From an uncultured virus (IMG/VR IMGVR_UViG_3300020156_000368) (taxonomy: Duplodnaviria > Heunggongvirae > Uroviricota > Caudoviricetes), in IMG/VR virus record IMGVR_UViG_3300020156_000368: a DNA stretch of 20,000 nt; one strand, given 5' to 3'. Under the pieces are notes generated by a model. The model searched no databases and was not told the DNA's origin. It was given only the letters and a program-made list of their open reading frames with translations. A program made the position numbers and the translations under genes. This document shows, piece by piece, positions 1 through 8,986 of this stretch. Every line of letters starts with the position of its first letter. The first letter of the stretch is position 1.

Positions 1-333
1 TCCTGTGGCTCCAACAACACTAATTGCATGTGTATCTTCCCACCATGGATAGCCAGCAATCAATCCGGTAAAAGGTCGAATATGCACAACAATTCCAGAC
101 TCGGCGGCAATTACAGGAGTACCTTCAGGGCAATATAAATCCACGCCCTTATGAACATCATGGGTCCGCTGCGCACCAAATGCTCCATAGTGATGCTGTC
201 TTCCTTTGTCGTCAAACTTCTGCACCAGCACTGGAATTTCACATTCGCGCAGCCAATTTATTTTTTGAAAACTCATTGAATCCGAAGTTGCGCCAAGCTT
301 TCGCATATTCGCAAGTGGAAATAACCAGTTCAT
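1..333 (-). CDS. M23 family metallopeptidase (peptidoglycan hydrolase), N-terminal part, runs off the window start
   Basis: Not in the ORF track. My translation from ATG 333-331: MNWLFPLANMRKLG...YGAFGAQRTHDVHKGVDLYCPEGTPVIAAESGIVVHI..., with the M23 HxGxD motif followed by the typical GTPVxAxxxG segment. The start overlaps the upstream stop (ATGA). Confidence 0.8.
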   Translation of the reverse strand, partial: MNWLFPLANMRKLGATSDSMSFQKINWLRECEIPVLVQKFDDKGRQHHYGAFGAQRTHDVHKGVDLYCPEGTPVIAAESGIVVHIRPFTGLIAGYPWWEDTHAISVVGATG

Positions 334-875
334 TTTCGCGTTTCTTTCTTTGAGTTGATTATATTAATGATATCTTCTGTTTTAAGTAGCAGACCTTTGC
401 CTATTTCGCGGCATGCTAAGCGACCACTTCTGGTATCTTCAACTATTACGTTGTCGTCCATTAAGGTACTTAAATTGCGCTGTACAGCTCTTGAATCAAG
501 CATAATATGATTCATAGCAGGGAAAACCATCTTTGGAATTTCTGGTGGAATAGCAAGATATATAGTGCTAAAGGCATCATCGGCAATTCCGTTCGCCATT
601 TTAGCAACTGCATTTGCGCTGGCAGGACATACAATGAACAATTCAGCCCAACGCTGGGCTAGGGCAATATGTGTAACTTCCCCTTCTTTTTCTGTCCACA
701 GCGTTGTGATTACTGGTCTTCCAGACATTGTTGATAAGGACATCTCAGTAACAAAATTTTCAGCACCTTTAGTCAAAATCACTTGAACATGATGACCTTG
801 CTGAGTTAGTGCATTCACAATGTCTGGCGCTTTGTAGGCAGAAATGCTGGCTGTAACTGCCATTAAGATGTTCAT
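330..875 (-). CDS. coaC: Stand-alone phosphopantothenoylcysteine decarboxylase-like flavoprotein (HFCD/CoaC family)
   Basis: Motifs AVTASISAYK, VILTKGAENFV, HIALA (catalytic His), PASANAVAKMANGIAD, PAMN and LACREIGKG (catalytic Cys clamp). ATG at 875 is preceded by AGAGGA. No fused CoaB domain. Confidence 0.8.
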   Translation of the reverse strand: MNILMAVTASISAYKAPDIVNALTQQGHHVQVILTKGAENFVTEMSLSTMSGRPVITTLWTEKEGEVTHIALAQRWAELFIVCPASANAVAKMANGIADDAFSTIYLAIPPEIPKMVFPAMNHIMLDSRAVQRNLSTLMDDNVIVEDTRSGRLACREIGKGLLLKTEDIINIINSKKETRK

Positions 876-893
876 TTTTAATCCTCTGTCTTC

Positions 894-950
894 TAGTACC
901 AATAACTATAGCGTATATTCTATGAATAAAGTTAATTGCCTAGTGTATTC
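894..950. promoter_or_regulatory. Back-to-back divergent promoter pair, WGAATA-N16-GTA motif
   Basis: + strand TGAATA 923-928 / N16 / GTATTC 945-950, then ATG 957. - strand AGAATA 921-916 / N16 / GTACTA 899-894. Confidence 0.65.
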
Positions 951-956
951 AAGGAC

Positions 957-1319
957 ATGGGATACAAGGAAAAATTACAAAAGCTCCAAGCTGAGAATCG
1001 GCACCTCAAGAGTGAGAATCGGAGACTTCAGGCTGAGAATCGAAGGATTCTTGACAAAGCATCGTGGAGTATGGTTAATTATAACAATGCTCCACCATAC
1101 GATCCTGACTTCGGTGATCACAAAGTCTGTGGGTGTGGGCACGAATATCACCGTCACTTCGATAGCTACGAAGACATGAACCCTGTCGGTTGTAAATATT
1201 GCGACTGCGATATATTTGCTGCTGCTGCAAAGGTCATGACTCCAAGTGAGTTCTCGTCCAGATTGGACGACGATATCGACTACTTTTATGATGCCACAGA
1301 TTTGAAGTGGGGTGAATAA
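957..1319 (+). CDS. Hypothetical protein with N-terminal coiled-coil heptad repeats and a C-terminal Cys/His (Zn-binding-like) motif
   Basis: LQAENRH-LKSENRR-LQAENRR repeats and CGCGHEYHRH...CKYCDC. ATG 957 lies 6 nt after the promoter motif. Confidence 0.7.
   Translation: MGYKEKLQKLQAENRHLKSENRRLQAENRRILDKASWSMVNYNNAPPYDPDFGDHKVCGCGHEYHRHFDSYEDMNPVGCKYCDCDIFAAAAKVMTPSEFSSRLDDDIDYFYDATDLKWGE
984..1046 (+). repeat. 3 x 21 bp imperfect tandem repeat (coding heptads)
   Basis: ctccaagctgagaatcggcac / ctcaagagtgagaatcggaga / cttcaggctgagaatcgaagg. Confidence 0.8.
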
Positions 1320-1350
1320 CAAAATAAATAAACGCTCCTAAAGGATAGAT

Positions 1351-1953
1351 ATGATCAGTAAAGACCAATGGAAATGGTGCCAACTTTGTGAAACAGCTTA
1401 TGTTGTTTGTGAGGCATGCCAGAATTCAAGTTGCAACTGCGGCGGATGCGATGAATGTAAAGAGCTTTGGGAAGAAGTCAGTAGAATTAAAGACTTAGAC
1501 GAAGACCCAAAGATTGAGGATTTCCCACGAGAAGATGTGACTCCATTTTATCTGTATAAAGATGATTTTACTGAAGAAGAGCAATTGTGGATTGATATCT
1601 TTGGCGGAAAAGATGCCCTCATTGAAAAATTTGAATCTAGATTTGAAGACACTCTTAAAAAGAAGAACAAATTTGTTCAAAAACTTTCTGTCTCAACAGG
1701 TGAAGAAAGAAAGATCAATGCGCATAAAGCTGCAATTTTTGAAATGAGATTAGCTAATTTCCATATCATTAAATCCAAGCCTGAAGCTGCTGCTATTAAT
1801 TTAGCCAGCGCTGGCGAGTGTTTTGCAGTTGCAGAAGATGTTCCAAATGCAATTAATACATTAGAGAGAGCAATTGCGCTCACAAAAAAGAAATTTTACA
1901 AAATAGCTCTTGCAAATAGAATCAAATATATCAGAACAAGTCCAAAGGAATGA
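1351..1953 (+). CDS. Hypothetical protein with a Cys-rich N-terminus and TPR-like helical C-terminus
   Basis: AAGGA SD. WCQLCETAYVVCEACQNSSCNCGGCDEC cluster and C-terminal AAAINLASAGECF...NAINTLERAIAL helices. Confidence 0.7.
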   Translation: MISKDQWKWCQLCETAYVVCEACQNSSCNCGGCDECKELWEEVSRIKDLDEDPKIEDFPREDVTPFYLYKDDFTEEEQLWIDIFGGKDALIEKFESRFEDTLKKKNKFVQKLSVSTGEERKINAHKAAIFEMRLANFHIIKSKPEAAAINLASAGECFAVAEDVPNAINTLERAIALTKKKFYKIALANRIKYIRTSPKE

Positions 1954-1957
1954 GAAA

Positions 1958-2401
1958 ATGTTTAGCAAAAAAGAGCGCCTATATCTTGAAACTGTTTTAA
2001 AGCAACTTCAAGAAACAGAAGCACGAAGCGGGGCGGGATATCGGGTTAAATTATCCTCGAAAGCCTATGACGAGCTATTGACCTTTATTCGGTTTAAAAT
2101 GCAAAGCGGCGTTGAAGACCTTGTAGTTGATACGTCAAAAGATACAGACACTCGCTTTACGCTTGATCGCGCTTCGCTCTTAGAGGCATTGCCAGAGTGG
2201 GATTGGGGAAGTCCAGGTGATGCTCAGGCGCGTATTAATACATGGCTTAATCGATATGAGGAAGTTCGTACTTTTATCCACGATTTTGGGCATATGCCAT
2301 CTAGTAGGTCTAATGACCCAACAGAAGCAAGATTAGCTGATTGGTGCAAGACCCAAAGGCAGTTTTATTGGTACGAGCTTGCTCATAAAAAAGATAAATA
2401 A
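1958..2401 (+). CDS. Helicase-associated (HA) domain-containing protein
   Basis: WLNRYEEVRTFIHDFGHMPS...EARLADWCKTQRQFY matches the HA repeat pattern (WxxxYxxLxxF...GH.P...LxxWxxxQR). The upstream LLEALPEWDW resembles the tail of a preceding HA repeat. Start placed at the ATG just after the previous stop. Confidence 0.65.
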   Translation: MFSKKERLYLETVLKQLQETEARSGAGYRVKLSSKAYDELLTFIRFKMQSGVEDLVVDTSKDTDTRFTLDRASLLEALPEWDWGSPGDAQARINTWLNRYEEVRTFIHDFGHMPSSRSNDPTEARLADWCKTQRQFYWYELAHKKDK

Positions 2402-2448
2402 AAGCATTTTTGGATTGTATACACAGTATAATCTTAAGGAATATAAGA

Positions 2449-2730
2449 GTGAAGAAACCCAATCTCAAAAAGATATTTGAAAACGAAACGCACGAACTTC
2501 ATAAGTTAGACAAAATCTGCACCTATTTTGTTCTTATGGCATTGATTACAATTTTATATGGAGTTATGCGTAGGAATATCCTATTTTTATTGACTGGATT
2601 GGTGGTTGGCGGAATATTTTACTCTGTACCTATCATTGCCGCCTTGTGCCTCGCTAAGAAAAAATATAATAAGCGACTGGCTCGATATGAGGCGTTTATA
2701 GAAGAAAATGAACCAGAAGCTTTGAATTAA
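2449..2730 (+). CDS. Hypothetical membrane protein (2 predicted TM segments)
   Basis: GTG 2449 preceded by TAAGGA (the ORF track starts at 2410). Hydrophobic stretches ICTYFVLMALITILYGVM and ILFLLTGLVVGGIFYSVPIIAALCL. Confidence 0.65.
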   Translation: MKKPNLKKIFENETHELHKLDKICTYFVLMALITILYGVMRRNILFLLTGLVVGGIFYSVPIIAALCLAKKKYNKRLARYEAFIEENEPEALN

Positions 2731-2732
2731 CA

Positions 2733-2894
2733 ATGTTTAAAGAGTATCTTAAATGTGTCCTGACACTCGTCTATTGCTTGGTGTTTGTCGCATCTTTCGC
2801 AGGCACACTTGCGTTTACTTTCTTTGGAAATCCACTAATGGCATTTTTCTGCTTTACGATACTATTCATAAGCTCAGTTTTATTATTTGATTAA
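2733..2894 (+). CDS. Small membrane protein (53 aa)
   Basis: Below the ORF-track cut-off: MFKEYLKCVLTLVYCLVFVASFAGTLAFTFFGNPLMAFFCFTILFISSVLLFD. Starts 2 nt after the previous stop and fills the gap exactly. Confidence 0.6.
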   Translation: MFKEYLKCVLTLVYCLVFVASFAGTLAFTFFGNPLMAFFCFTILFISSVLLFD

Positions 2895-5119
2895 CCCCAT
2901 CTGCGAGTTCTAATAGCTTGCATTCTTTCTGGTGTTTCAATCATTAATTTACGTTCTGAGATATTTTTAACAACATTTCTGAGATTATTCATCGTCACAT
3001 CTGGATTGGCGTTTTCTTTAATTGCATTTGCCAAAGCTTGAGCCTTCTCTTGAATAAGTTGAGGTAAATCTTCTGCTTCATAAGCAATAGGAAATTTCCA
3101 TAATAGTGAAGCGATATTATTAATCCATAAGTAAGCCTGCCTCATTTGTTCTCCAGTACCCGTATATGGTTGACCTGGATTCCAATCTTGTAGGATCATA
3201 TCTCTAAATATAGAATTTAGTTTTATACTAATGAAGTTTCTATTACTAAACAATTCGGTAAGTCTTTCAAATGGAAAGTCATAAAACAAACCTACGAACT
3301 TTCCAGGATCATTGATGTATCTACTAAAGCCTTCACTAATATACTTATCTAGGCTTGCTTCGGCAGCAGCGGCTAATTCGCTTTCATACTGAGATTTCAA
3401 TCCTTGATCTTGCATAGACTCAACTAAGTACTTGCAGAACTTAATAGCATTTACGAAGTAGAAACTACTTGTATCTGCCACCTTCTTAAGTGCTTCTTTA
3501 AAAGTTAACGATTTAATGTTATCAAATTCAGGGAAAGCATAGACTTCGCTTCGAATGGCTTTGTAGTCTGTGTTTGATGAATGATTTGTTCTATCCAGCC
3601 AATCAAGCCATTTTCTCGTAATCTTATGCGAAGCCCATCTGAATTCTGGTGTCTTTAATATTGGCTGAAGCGCCTCGGCTCCAAATTCGCTAGCAACACT
3701 TGCAAAACCAGAGGTGTCTGCTGAACCTTTTAATCTAGCAAGCAGATCATTAATGGCTTTATTAAGAAGCATGCTTCGTACTGACTGAACACCACTGCCA
3801 AGAAGTGTAGTTGACATTTCATCATCTAATTTTCTGTTTAAATTAATTATTTCTTGAAGAGATATATTTTCAATATATGTAGCCCTAAGAAACGCTTTTG
3901 AAAGTCCATCTTGTAAGCGATTATATGATTCTTGGGCTGGCTTTGTATAGTTTGGAAGTTCGGTATCTAATTGATCCAAGGCAAGATTAAATTTATCTGA
4001 TAATCCTTCCCATACATAACTGTCGAGAAGTTTTAAAGGGTCTTTTTTTATGATACCAACAAGACTCTTAAGATCATTGCTTGGTATTTCAGTTTCAAAA
4101 TCTTTATTACTTGTCATAGCGCCATATTGGTCGCCTTCTTTTTCATAAGCGCTAGGGTCATTGCCCTCTGGGTCTTTTAAAGAATAAGTGTCGGAATACG
4201 GCGCTCCATAAAATTGATAGTTACCAATGGGTAGTCCACCCTGTTTTTGTTTAATCCAAAGTGTGACCAGCTTATGGAAATGATTATTATCGGGAGATTG
4301 TCCATAAACCCGTTCTTCAGGCATTGCCCATTCATTGCCTCTGCTGTCTTCAACTCGCCTTATCCAAACTCTAGCAATGGCTTTGCTTAAATCTTGTTGA
4401 TCATCTTGTTTAACTAGATAGGCTACAAAGCCACCTTCCTCTAATTCCTGCCACATTTTTTTACAATTTTTCCCACGTCCTAGCGTGAAGCAACTAGACC
4501 AGGATTTATTATAGCTCATCTGCGCGATATCATGTGGATCACGGGAAATAACAATAACTGCACCCGTAGTTGCAAGTGATCTACTATTTCTCGCTGGATC
4601 ATTGTTGAATATATTTTTGCGCTGTTGCCAAATCTTATCAAGCTCAGTTTCTTTAGCTCGAAGCAGTATTTCTAAGTTTTCCCGCTCATACTCATCTGGT
4701 TCACTCTTCATTTTATCGGTAAACTCTTTACGAGTTTCTTTTGCTTCCATTTGATGAAGTTTATTTAGTACTGCACCAATGTTTTCACACTGTTCGATAG
4801 GAAGCTTGCCCGATTGTACAAGAGGGTATTTAATTTGTCTACAGCACTTCCCAGCACCGTAATCAACTACAACATAACCTGCAAGTTCAAGTGTTAAACC
4901 TACCTCTTCTGGAACTTGATAGCTCTGATGTCGCGGCAATGTATACGGAATTACAACGCGATCTTGATCGCCAAATAGATTAGGAAAATGTCGTCTTCTG
5001 TAGTTTTCTACTTTTTCACGATACATCACATCATACTCAATAGGCGAACCCACTCTATCGGCTGTCCATATTCTATGTAACACATTGGCGCTAAGGCACG
5101 AAAATCTTAACAGATTCAT
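2891..5119 (-). CDS. Large phage hypothetical protein with an N-terminal ISRxPxDIxxMS...WxSC...VAYL...ARxxIR...VYG domain and a helical C-terminal region
   Basis: 742 aa ORF. GGAGG precedes the ATG at 5119 (the track start is 5131). The domain pattern is one I recall from large-phage hypothetical proteins; function unknown. Confidence 0.7.
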   Translation of the reverse strand: MNLLRFSCLSANVLHRIWTADRVGSPIEYDVMYREKVENYRRRHFPNLFGDQDRVVIPYTLPRHQSYQVPEEVGLTLELAGYVVVDYGAGKCCRQIKYPLVQSGKLPIEQCENIGAVLNKLHQMEAKETRKEFTDKMKSEPDEYERENLEILLRAKETELDKIWQQRKNIFNNDPARNSRSLATTGAVIVISRDPHDIAQMSYNKSWSSCFTLGRGKNCKKMWQELEEGGFVAYLVKQDDQQDLSKAIARVWIRRVEDSRGNEWAMPEERVYGQSPDNNHFHKLVTLWIKQKQGGLPIGNYQFYGAPYSDTYSLKDPEGNDPSAYEKEGDQYGAMTSNKDFETEIPSNDLKSLVGIIKKDPLKLLDSYVWEGLSDKFNLALDQLDTELPNYTKPAQESYNRLQDGLSKAFLRATYIENISLQEIINLNRKLDDEMSTTLLGSGVQSVRSMLLNKAINDLLARLKGSADTSGFASVASEFGAEALQPILKTPEFRWASHKITRKWLDWLDRTNHSSNTDYKAIRSEVYAFPEFDNIKSLTFKEALKKVADTSSFYFVNAIKFCKYLVESMQDQGLKSQYESELAAAAEASLDKYISEGFSRYINDPGKFVGLFYDFPFERLTELFSNRNFISIKLNSIFRDMILQDWNPGQPYTGTGEQMRQAYLWINNIASLLWKFPIAYEAEDLPQLIQEKAQALANAIKENANPDVTMNNLRNVVKNISERKLMIETPERMQAIRTRRWG

Positions 5120-5197
5120 ATAATCCTCCATCTGGTAGGGTTAAATTCCCTTGTTGGGAAAGGATTTCCTGCTTTAATAAAAGTATATATCAGAGTC

Positions 5198-6913
5198 ATG
5201 ACAACACTTGCGAACTTATTACATATAGCCGCTATTGAACGCCCTCAGACTATCTATCAAGCCATGTGTATTCTTTTTGATTGGCTTCATCAGATAGGTA
5301 TTGAAATAGACAATACAGAAATAGCCAAAGCCCTTCCAGATGGATATGGCGGCGGTATTGTACAGGATAATGATGACTATAAGCATCTTTACTTAAATAG
5401 CATTATAGGCAATCGATATAAAGAAAGAATTAATGATCCAAATTTAGGTCTTGATAGCTATGCAATAGAACTCTGTAATCAAATGGGCAAAAATTTATCC
5501 AGGAAGATTTTTGGTCATGAATTTGCCGCGCATAAATTTTTAGGCAATGCAATCCAGATGATTTATCAATTTGGATACTTGCCAGATATTAAGCAAATGG
5601 CTCAAGACTTATTGGGTACTCCCGATGTTAAGTTCCTTAGAAATTTAATTAAATGGTCTAAAGAGAATACTAACCAAGTAAGTGTAAGATCAGGAAGTTT
5701 GCCGAGTTTACTGCAATCACGGTTTTTTGATCCAAGCATATGTGCTAACATACGCACTTTGTCTAGATACTATGGAATCGATAAAATAGTTAACTTGGGG
5801 AAAACAAGACCTGATGATCTATTTTTAGTCGCAACACAAATGGACGATATCGAAAGCGAATCTCAAAGAGAATCCTTTGGCGTTCTAATTAAAAATAATG
5901 CTGATATCGATACTGTAATTGGCTTTGCAAGGCAGTGTAAAAAGATTCAGGATTTTACAATTCCCCCAGACCCTAAAGCAACCAATAATCCTAATTACAC
6001 TTGGGATGAAGCATATGCCTATTCGGAGAAAGTTAAACAGGAATTTGCGGCGGAATTTAGAATTTCTGCCGAAGAATATGAAGAACGTTATCAAGATTCT
6101 AGTACATCGCATCTAAGGGAAGACGCGCTGGATAGGCTTGAGATGGTTGTTAAAGACACTCAGCTTATGTTGCGTTCAGTAACTCATCCGAGTGGAGAGA
6201 TTGCAAAGTTAGCTGCTGATCTTGAGGCTAATATTTATCCTGACGTTCCTGATGAAATAAAAAAGAAGTTCTTTGAATACAGAAACAGAATTCTAAAAAT
6301 AAAACTACCTAAGTTATCTCTCAACTTTGATTCAATGCTAAAACTTCACGACGAAGTTTCCAGATATCAAAGAGAAGTATTTTATTGCAAGAAGATAATT
6401 TTAAAAGAACCTATATTAAAATTCCCTCCTCCATTGATTTCTCCGCTTCCACCAATGATTACTTATATTGATAACGAAGATGATTTAATGTTTGAAGGGG
6501 AATCAATGCGACACTGCGTTAGCTCATATGGAGAGGCATGTGCTAGTGGTTATGCGTATATATATCATTATGAAAATGGGAACTCCAAAGGAACAATAGA
6601 ACTTTCTCCAGATGGCGCTATAAAGCAGTTTTACGGATACCATAATGCTACCATGGGGAAAAAAGACTGGGAGATTGTTGAAAACTGGGTCCAGATGAAT
6701 CTTGATAATAAAAACAATCATCAACCAAATTATGAATCCGTTGATTATGCTGGAAATGAAGAATTTTATGCTAATGATGAAAATTATTTAGACGACGACC
6801 CTTTTGGCGAAATCCAAGTAGATGATCCAAGAAGAGCATCACTAATAAATATTCTTCGGTTAAGTAGTAGGGAATGGTTTGGAATATCAGATATTTTTGA
6901 GGATGCAAAATGA
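5198..6913 (+). CDS. PcfJ-like domain protein (paralogue 1)
   Basis: C-terminal LHDEV...DLMFEGESMRHCVSSY...IYHY...TIEL...IKQFYGYHN is the PcfJ-type LxxEGxxMxHCV motif, followed by an acidic linker and conserved tail. Confidence 0.75.
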   Translation: MTTLANLLHIAAIERPQTIYQAMCILFDWLHQIGIEIDNTEIAKALPDGYGGGIVQDNDDYKHLYLNSIIGNRYKERINDPNLGLDSYAIELCNQMGKNLSRKIFGHEFAAHKFLGNAIQMIYQFGYLPDIKQMAQDLLGTPDVKFLRNLIKWSKENTNQVSVRSGSLPSLLQSRFFDPSICANIRTLSRYYGIDKIVNLGKTRPDDLFLVATQMDDIESESQRESFGVLIKNNADIDTVIGFARQCKKIQDFTIPPDPKATNNPNYTWDEAYAYSEKVKQEFAAEFRISAEEYEERYQDSSTSHLREDALDRLEMVVKDTQLMLRSVTHPSGEIAKLAADLEANIYPDVPDEIKKKFFEYRNRILKIKLPKLSLNFDSMLKLHDEVSRYQREVFYCKKIILKEPILKFPPPLISPLPPMITYIDNEDDLMFEGESMRHCVSSYGEACASGYAYIYHYENGNSKGTIELSPDGAIKQFYGYHNATMGKKDWEIVENWVQMNLDNKNNHQPNYESVDYAGNEEFYANDENYLDDDPFGEIQVDDPRRASLINILRLSSREWFGISDIFEDAK

Positions 6914-8553
6914 ATTATCTATCACATGTATTAGCAGCTATCGCGAAGCCAGAAACTCTTGAGCAAGCAGCTACGATTTTACTTGATTGGCTTAATCAAA
7001 TTGGCGTTAATATTTATTGGTCAGATAATCCTAAAGTTAAAGAAATCGAAGCAGAAGAAGGCACAACATATCGAGATTATACAATTAACAAAATCATCGA
7101 CGATGCACATCGCTGGCATGGACAAGATTTACTTCTGGAAGGGCTTGCTTCTAGGATTTGTGAAAAATTAACGTATAGTATGCGTCCGTTTGTTGAAGAA
7201 GCTATATCTAATATTTATAATTATGGTTATCTGCCAGACATTAAAAAATTCTCGCAAGCTCTTATAGGCGATCCTGATATCAATCTTTTAAAGCAAATTC
7301 TTAACTATAGCAAGGAGCTTGCATACGGTGTAGTTACAGATAGGTATGATGATAGCTTCAGGGATTTTGACCATAAAAAAAGTGTTAACGATGAATTAGT
7401 AAAAGGTGTGTTCGCCTTTATGGAAACTTACGGGAGAGATTTTACTATTAATTATTCCCGAAAGAATCCTGATGGTTTCCTATCAATCATTGGCGAATAT
7501 AACTCTTATTCTAAAAGTGATCTTTTTAAAATGATGTCAGAAGGCGCTGACTTTAAGTTAATTGAAAGCGTAACTAGAGAGAATCAAAATATTGAATCTC
7601 ACCGACCTGACGAAGATGATGATGATGATTATGGAGATGAGGACTATTATCTCATGGAAAATCTAGCCGTGGAATACGGTCTTGAAAATGAACTTGAGGG
7701 CGAAGATTATACCACATTGCCAGACCTAAGACAATCAGCTAAACAGAGAGTATTAATGTATACAAAAGATACATTTGAAATGCTTAAAACAACAGACTTT
7801 GATGAAGTGTATCAAAGACTCATAAATCATGATCAATCACTAGTCCAAGATTTAGCTGCTCAGAAAAACTTTTTGTTCTATTATAATAAAATACTTAAAA
7901 CTAATTTCAAATCGTTTAAAGACTTTAGTCATTTAAAGCAGATTCATGACGATACAGCCAGATTTTTAATGCAACTAAGGCACGCGAAACGAACACTTCT
8001 TAATGAAGAGTTGAGCAAAAATCCTGATTTCCCACCACCCATAATTCAGCCTATTCCGCCAATTATTACATATATTAATAACGAATACGATCTAGAACTC
8101 GAAGGAACCATAATGGATCATTGTGTTGGCTCATTTACTGAGAGATGCCGCAATGGTGAATCATTTATATATAGATATGAAAACAGCTATGCCAGAGGAA
8201 CAATTGAAATTGAATCTGATGGCACGCTTGGTCAATTTTATGGTCCGAGAAATAGACCAATGCATGAAGATGATGAAGAACTTGTTAACGACTGGATAAA
8301 TGGCACACTGGATTTAAGTAACCCGAATCTTAAAATTGACACGCCATATAAAGGCACTGACTCAATGGGCAATCAATACAAAGTTGATGATCTATTTGAT
8401 AATCAGGAAGGCTACGAATACAAGCCTTCAATATCTGATTTAGGATATAGCGAAGATCAATCTGATCCAAACCAGCCAAAAAATGCTAATATCAAAAATC
8501 TACTTAGAATCAGTAGCCGTGAGTGGTTTAGACTTACTGATCTTTTCGGGTAA
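6910..8553 (+). CDS. PcfJ-like domain protein (paralogue 2)
   Basis: IHDDT...DLELEGTIMDHCVGSF...IYRY...TIEI...QFYGPRN. Shares LxDWLxQIG, GYLPDIK, FPPPxIxPxPPxITYI and NxLRxSSREWF with the upstream gene; ATGA overlap. Confidence 0.75.
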   Translation: MNYLSHVLAAIAKPETLEQAATILLDWLNQIGVNIYWSDNPKVKEIEAEEGTTYRDYTINKIIDDAHRWHGQDLLLEGLASRICEKLTYSMRPFVEEAISNIYNYGYLPDIKKFSQALIGDPDINLLKQILNYSKELAYGVVTDRYDDSFRDFDHKKSVNDELVKGVFAFMETYGRDFTINYSRKNPDGFLSIIGEYNSYSKSDLFKMMSEGADFKLIESVTRENQNIESHRPDEDDDDDYGDEDYYLMENLAVEYGLENELEGEDYTTLPDLRQSAKQRVLMYTKDTFEMLKTTDFDEVYQRLINHDQSLVQDLAAQKNFLFYYNKILKTNFKSFKDFSHLKQIHDDTARFLMQLRHAKRTLLNEELSKNPDFPPPIIQPIPPIITYINNEYDLELEGTIMDHCVGSFTERCRNGESFIYRYENSYARGTIEIESDGTLGQFYGPRNRPMHEDDEELVNDWINGTLDLSNPNLKIDTPYKGTDSMGNQYKVDDLFDNQEGYEYKPSISDLGYSEDQSDPNQPKNANIKNLLRISSREWFRLTDLFG

Positions 8554-8859
8554 AAACTTTTGAGGAACATCCTTGCGACGAACCTTCTTTACTTGGTCCG
8601 TTAGTTCGTGAAAAGCATCCATAGCCATATTGATATTCCCATGTCTTGCATATTGCTCCAAAGCCTTCTCTGCACACCAGCCGATATAAACAAGCAAAAG
8701 GTACTTCTTTATATCGCCTTGTGCCAACAGAGAAGTCAGAAGATCATGGCTATAATTGATGCGATAGATGGCAAGTAAATTTGCGACCTTATGCACATCA
8801 GCACCAGTTTCCTGTTTCCGTGCATCATTGATTATGAATAGTTTAGGTATTGGCAGCAT
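8500..8859 (-). CDS. Hypothetical protein
   Basis: 119 aa ORF filling the gap, preceded by the TGAATA-N16-GTATAT motif on the - strand. Its 3' end overlaps the convergent gene by 54 nt. Confidence 0.55.
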   Translation of the reverse strand: MLPIPKLFIINDARKQETGADVHKVANLLAIYRINYSHDLLTSLLAQGDIKKYLLLVYIGWCAEKALEQYARHGNINMAMDAFHELTDQVKKVRRKDVPQKFLPEKISKSKPLTATDSK

Positions 8860-8876
8860 AAGTATTTCTCGAACCC

Positions 8877-8981
8877 ATATACCAAAGGGGGAACACTTTA
8901 TTCAGAATAACATAAAAAATCAATTGTACCACGCACGAATTTAAACAACCTTCTGAATAAGAGATAGCCTTGTCTGTATCA
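8877..8981. promoter_or_regulatory. Divergent promoter pair plus a second + strand copy of the WGAATA-N16-GTA motif
   Basis: - strand TGAATA 8904-8899/N16/GTATAT 8882-8877. + strand AGAATA 8904-8909/N16/GTACCA 8926-8931. + strand TGAATA 8954-8959/N16/GTATCA 8976-8981, then ATG 8987. Confidence 0.65.
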
Positions 8982-8986
8982 CAAGT

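Noticed and set aside
565..1883. Track ORFs 565..786, 844..1179, 975..1322, 1495..1680, 1562..1747, 1677..1883
   Set aside because: Shadow or alternate frames of better supported genes; no motifs or RBS.
5885..7171. Short ORFs inside the PcfJ-like genes
   Set aside because: Fully nested in long coding frames; composition typical of off-frame translation.
7605..7645. GAT microsatellite
   Set aside because: In-frame poly-Asp low-complexity coding sequence, not a phase-variable tract.
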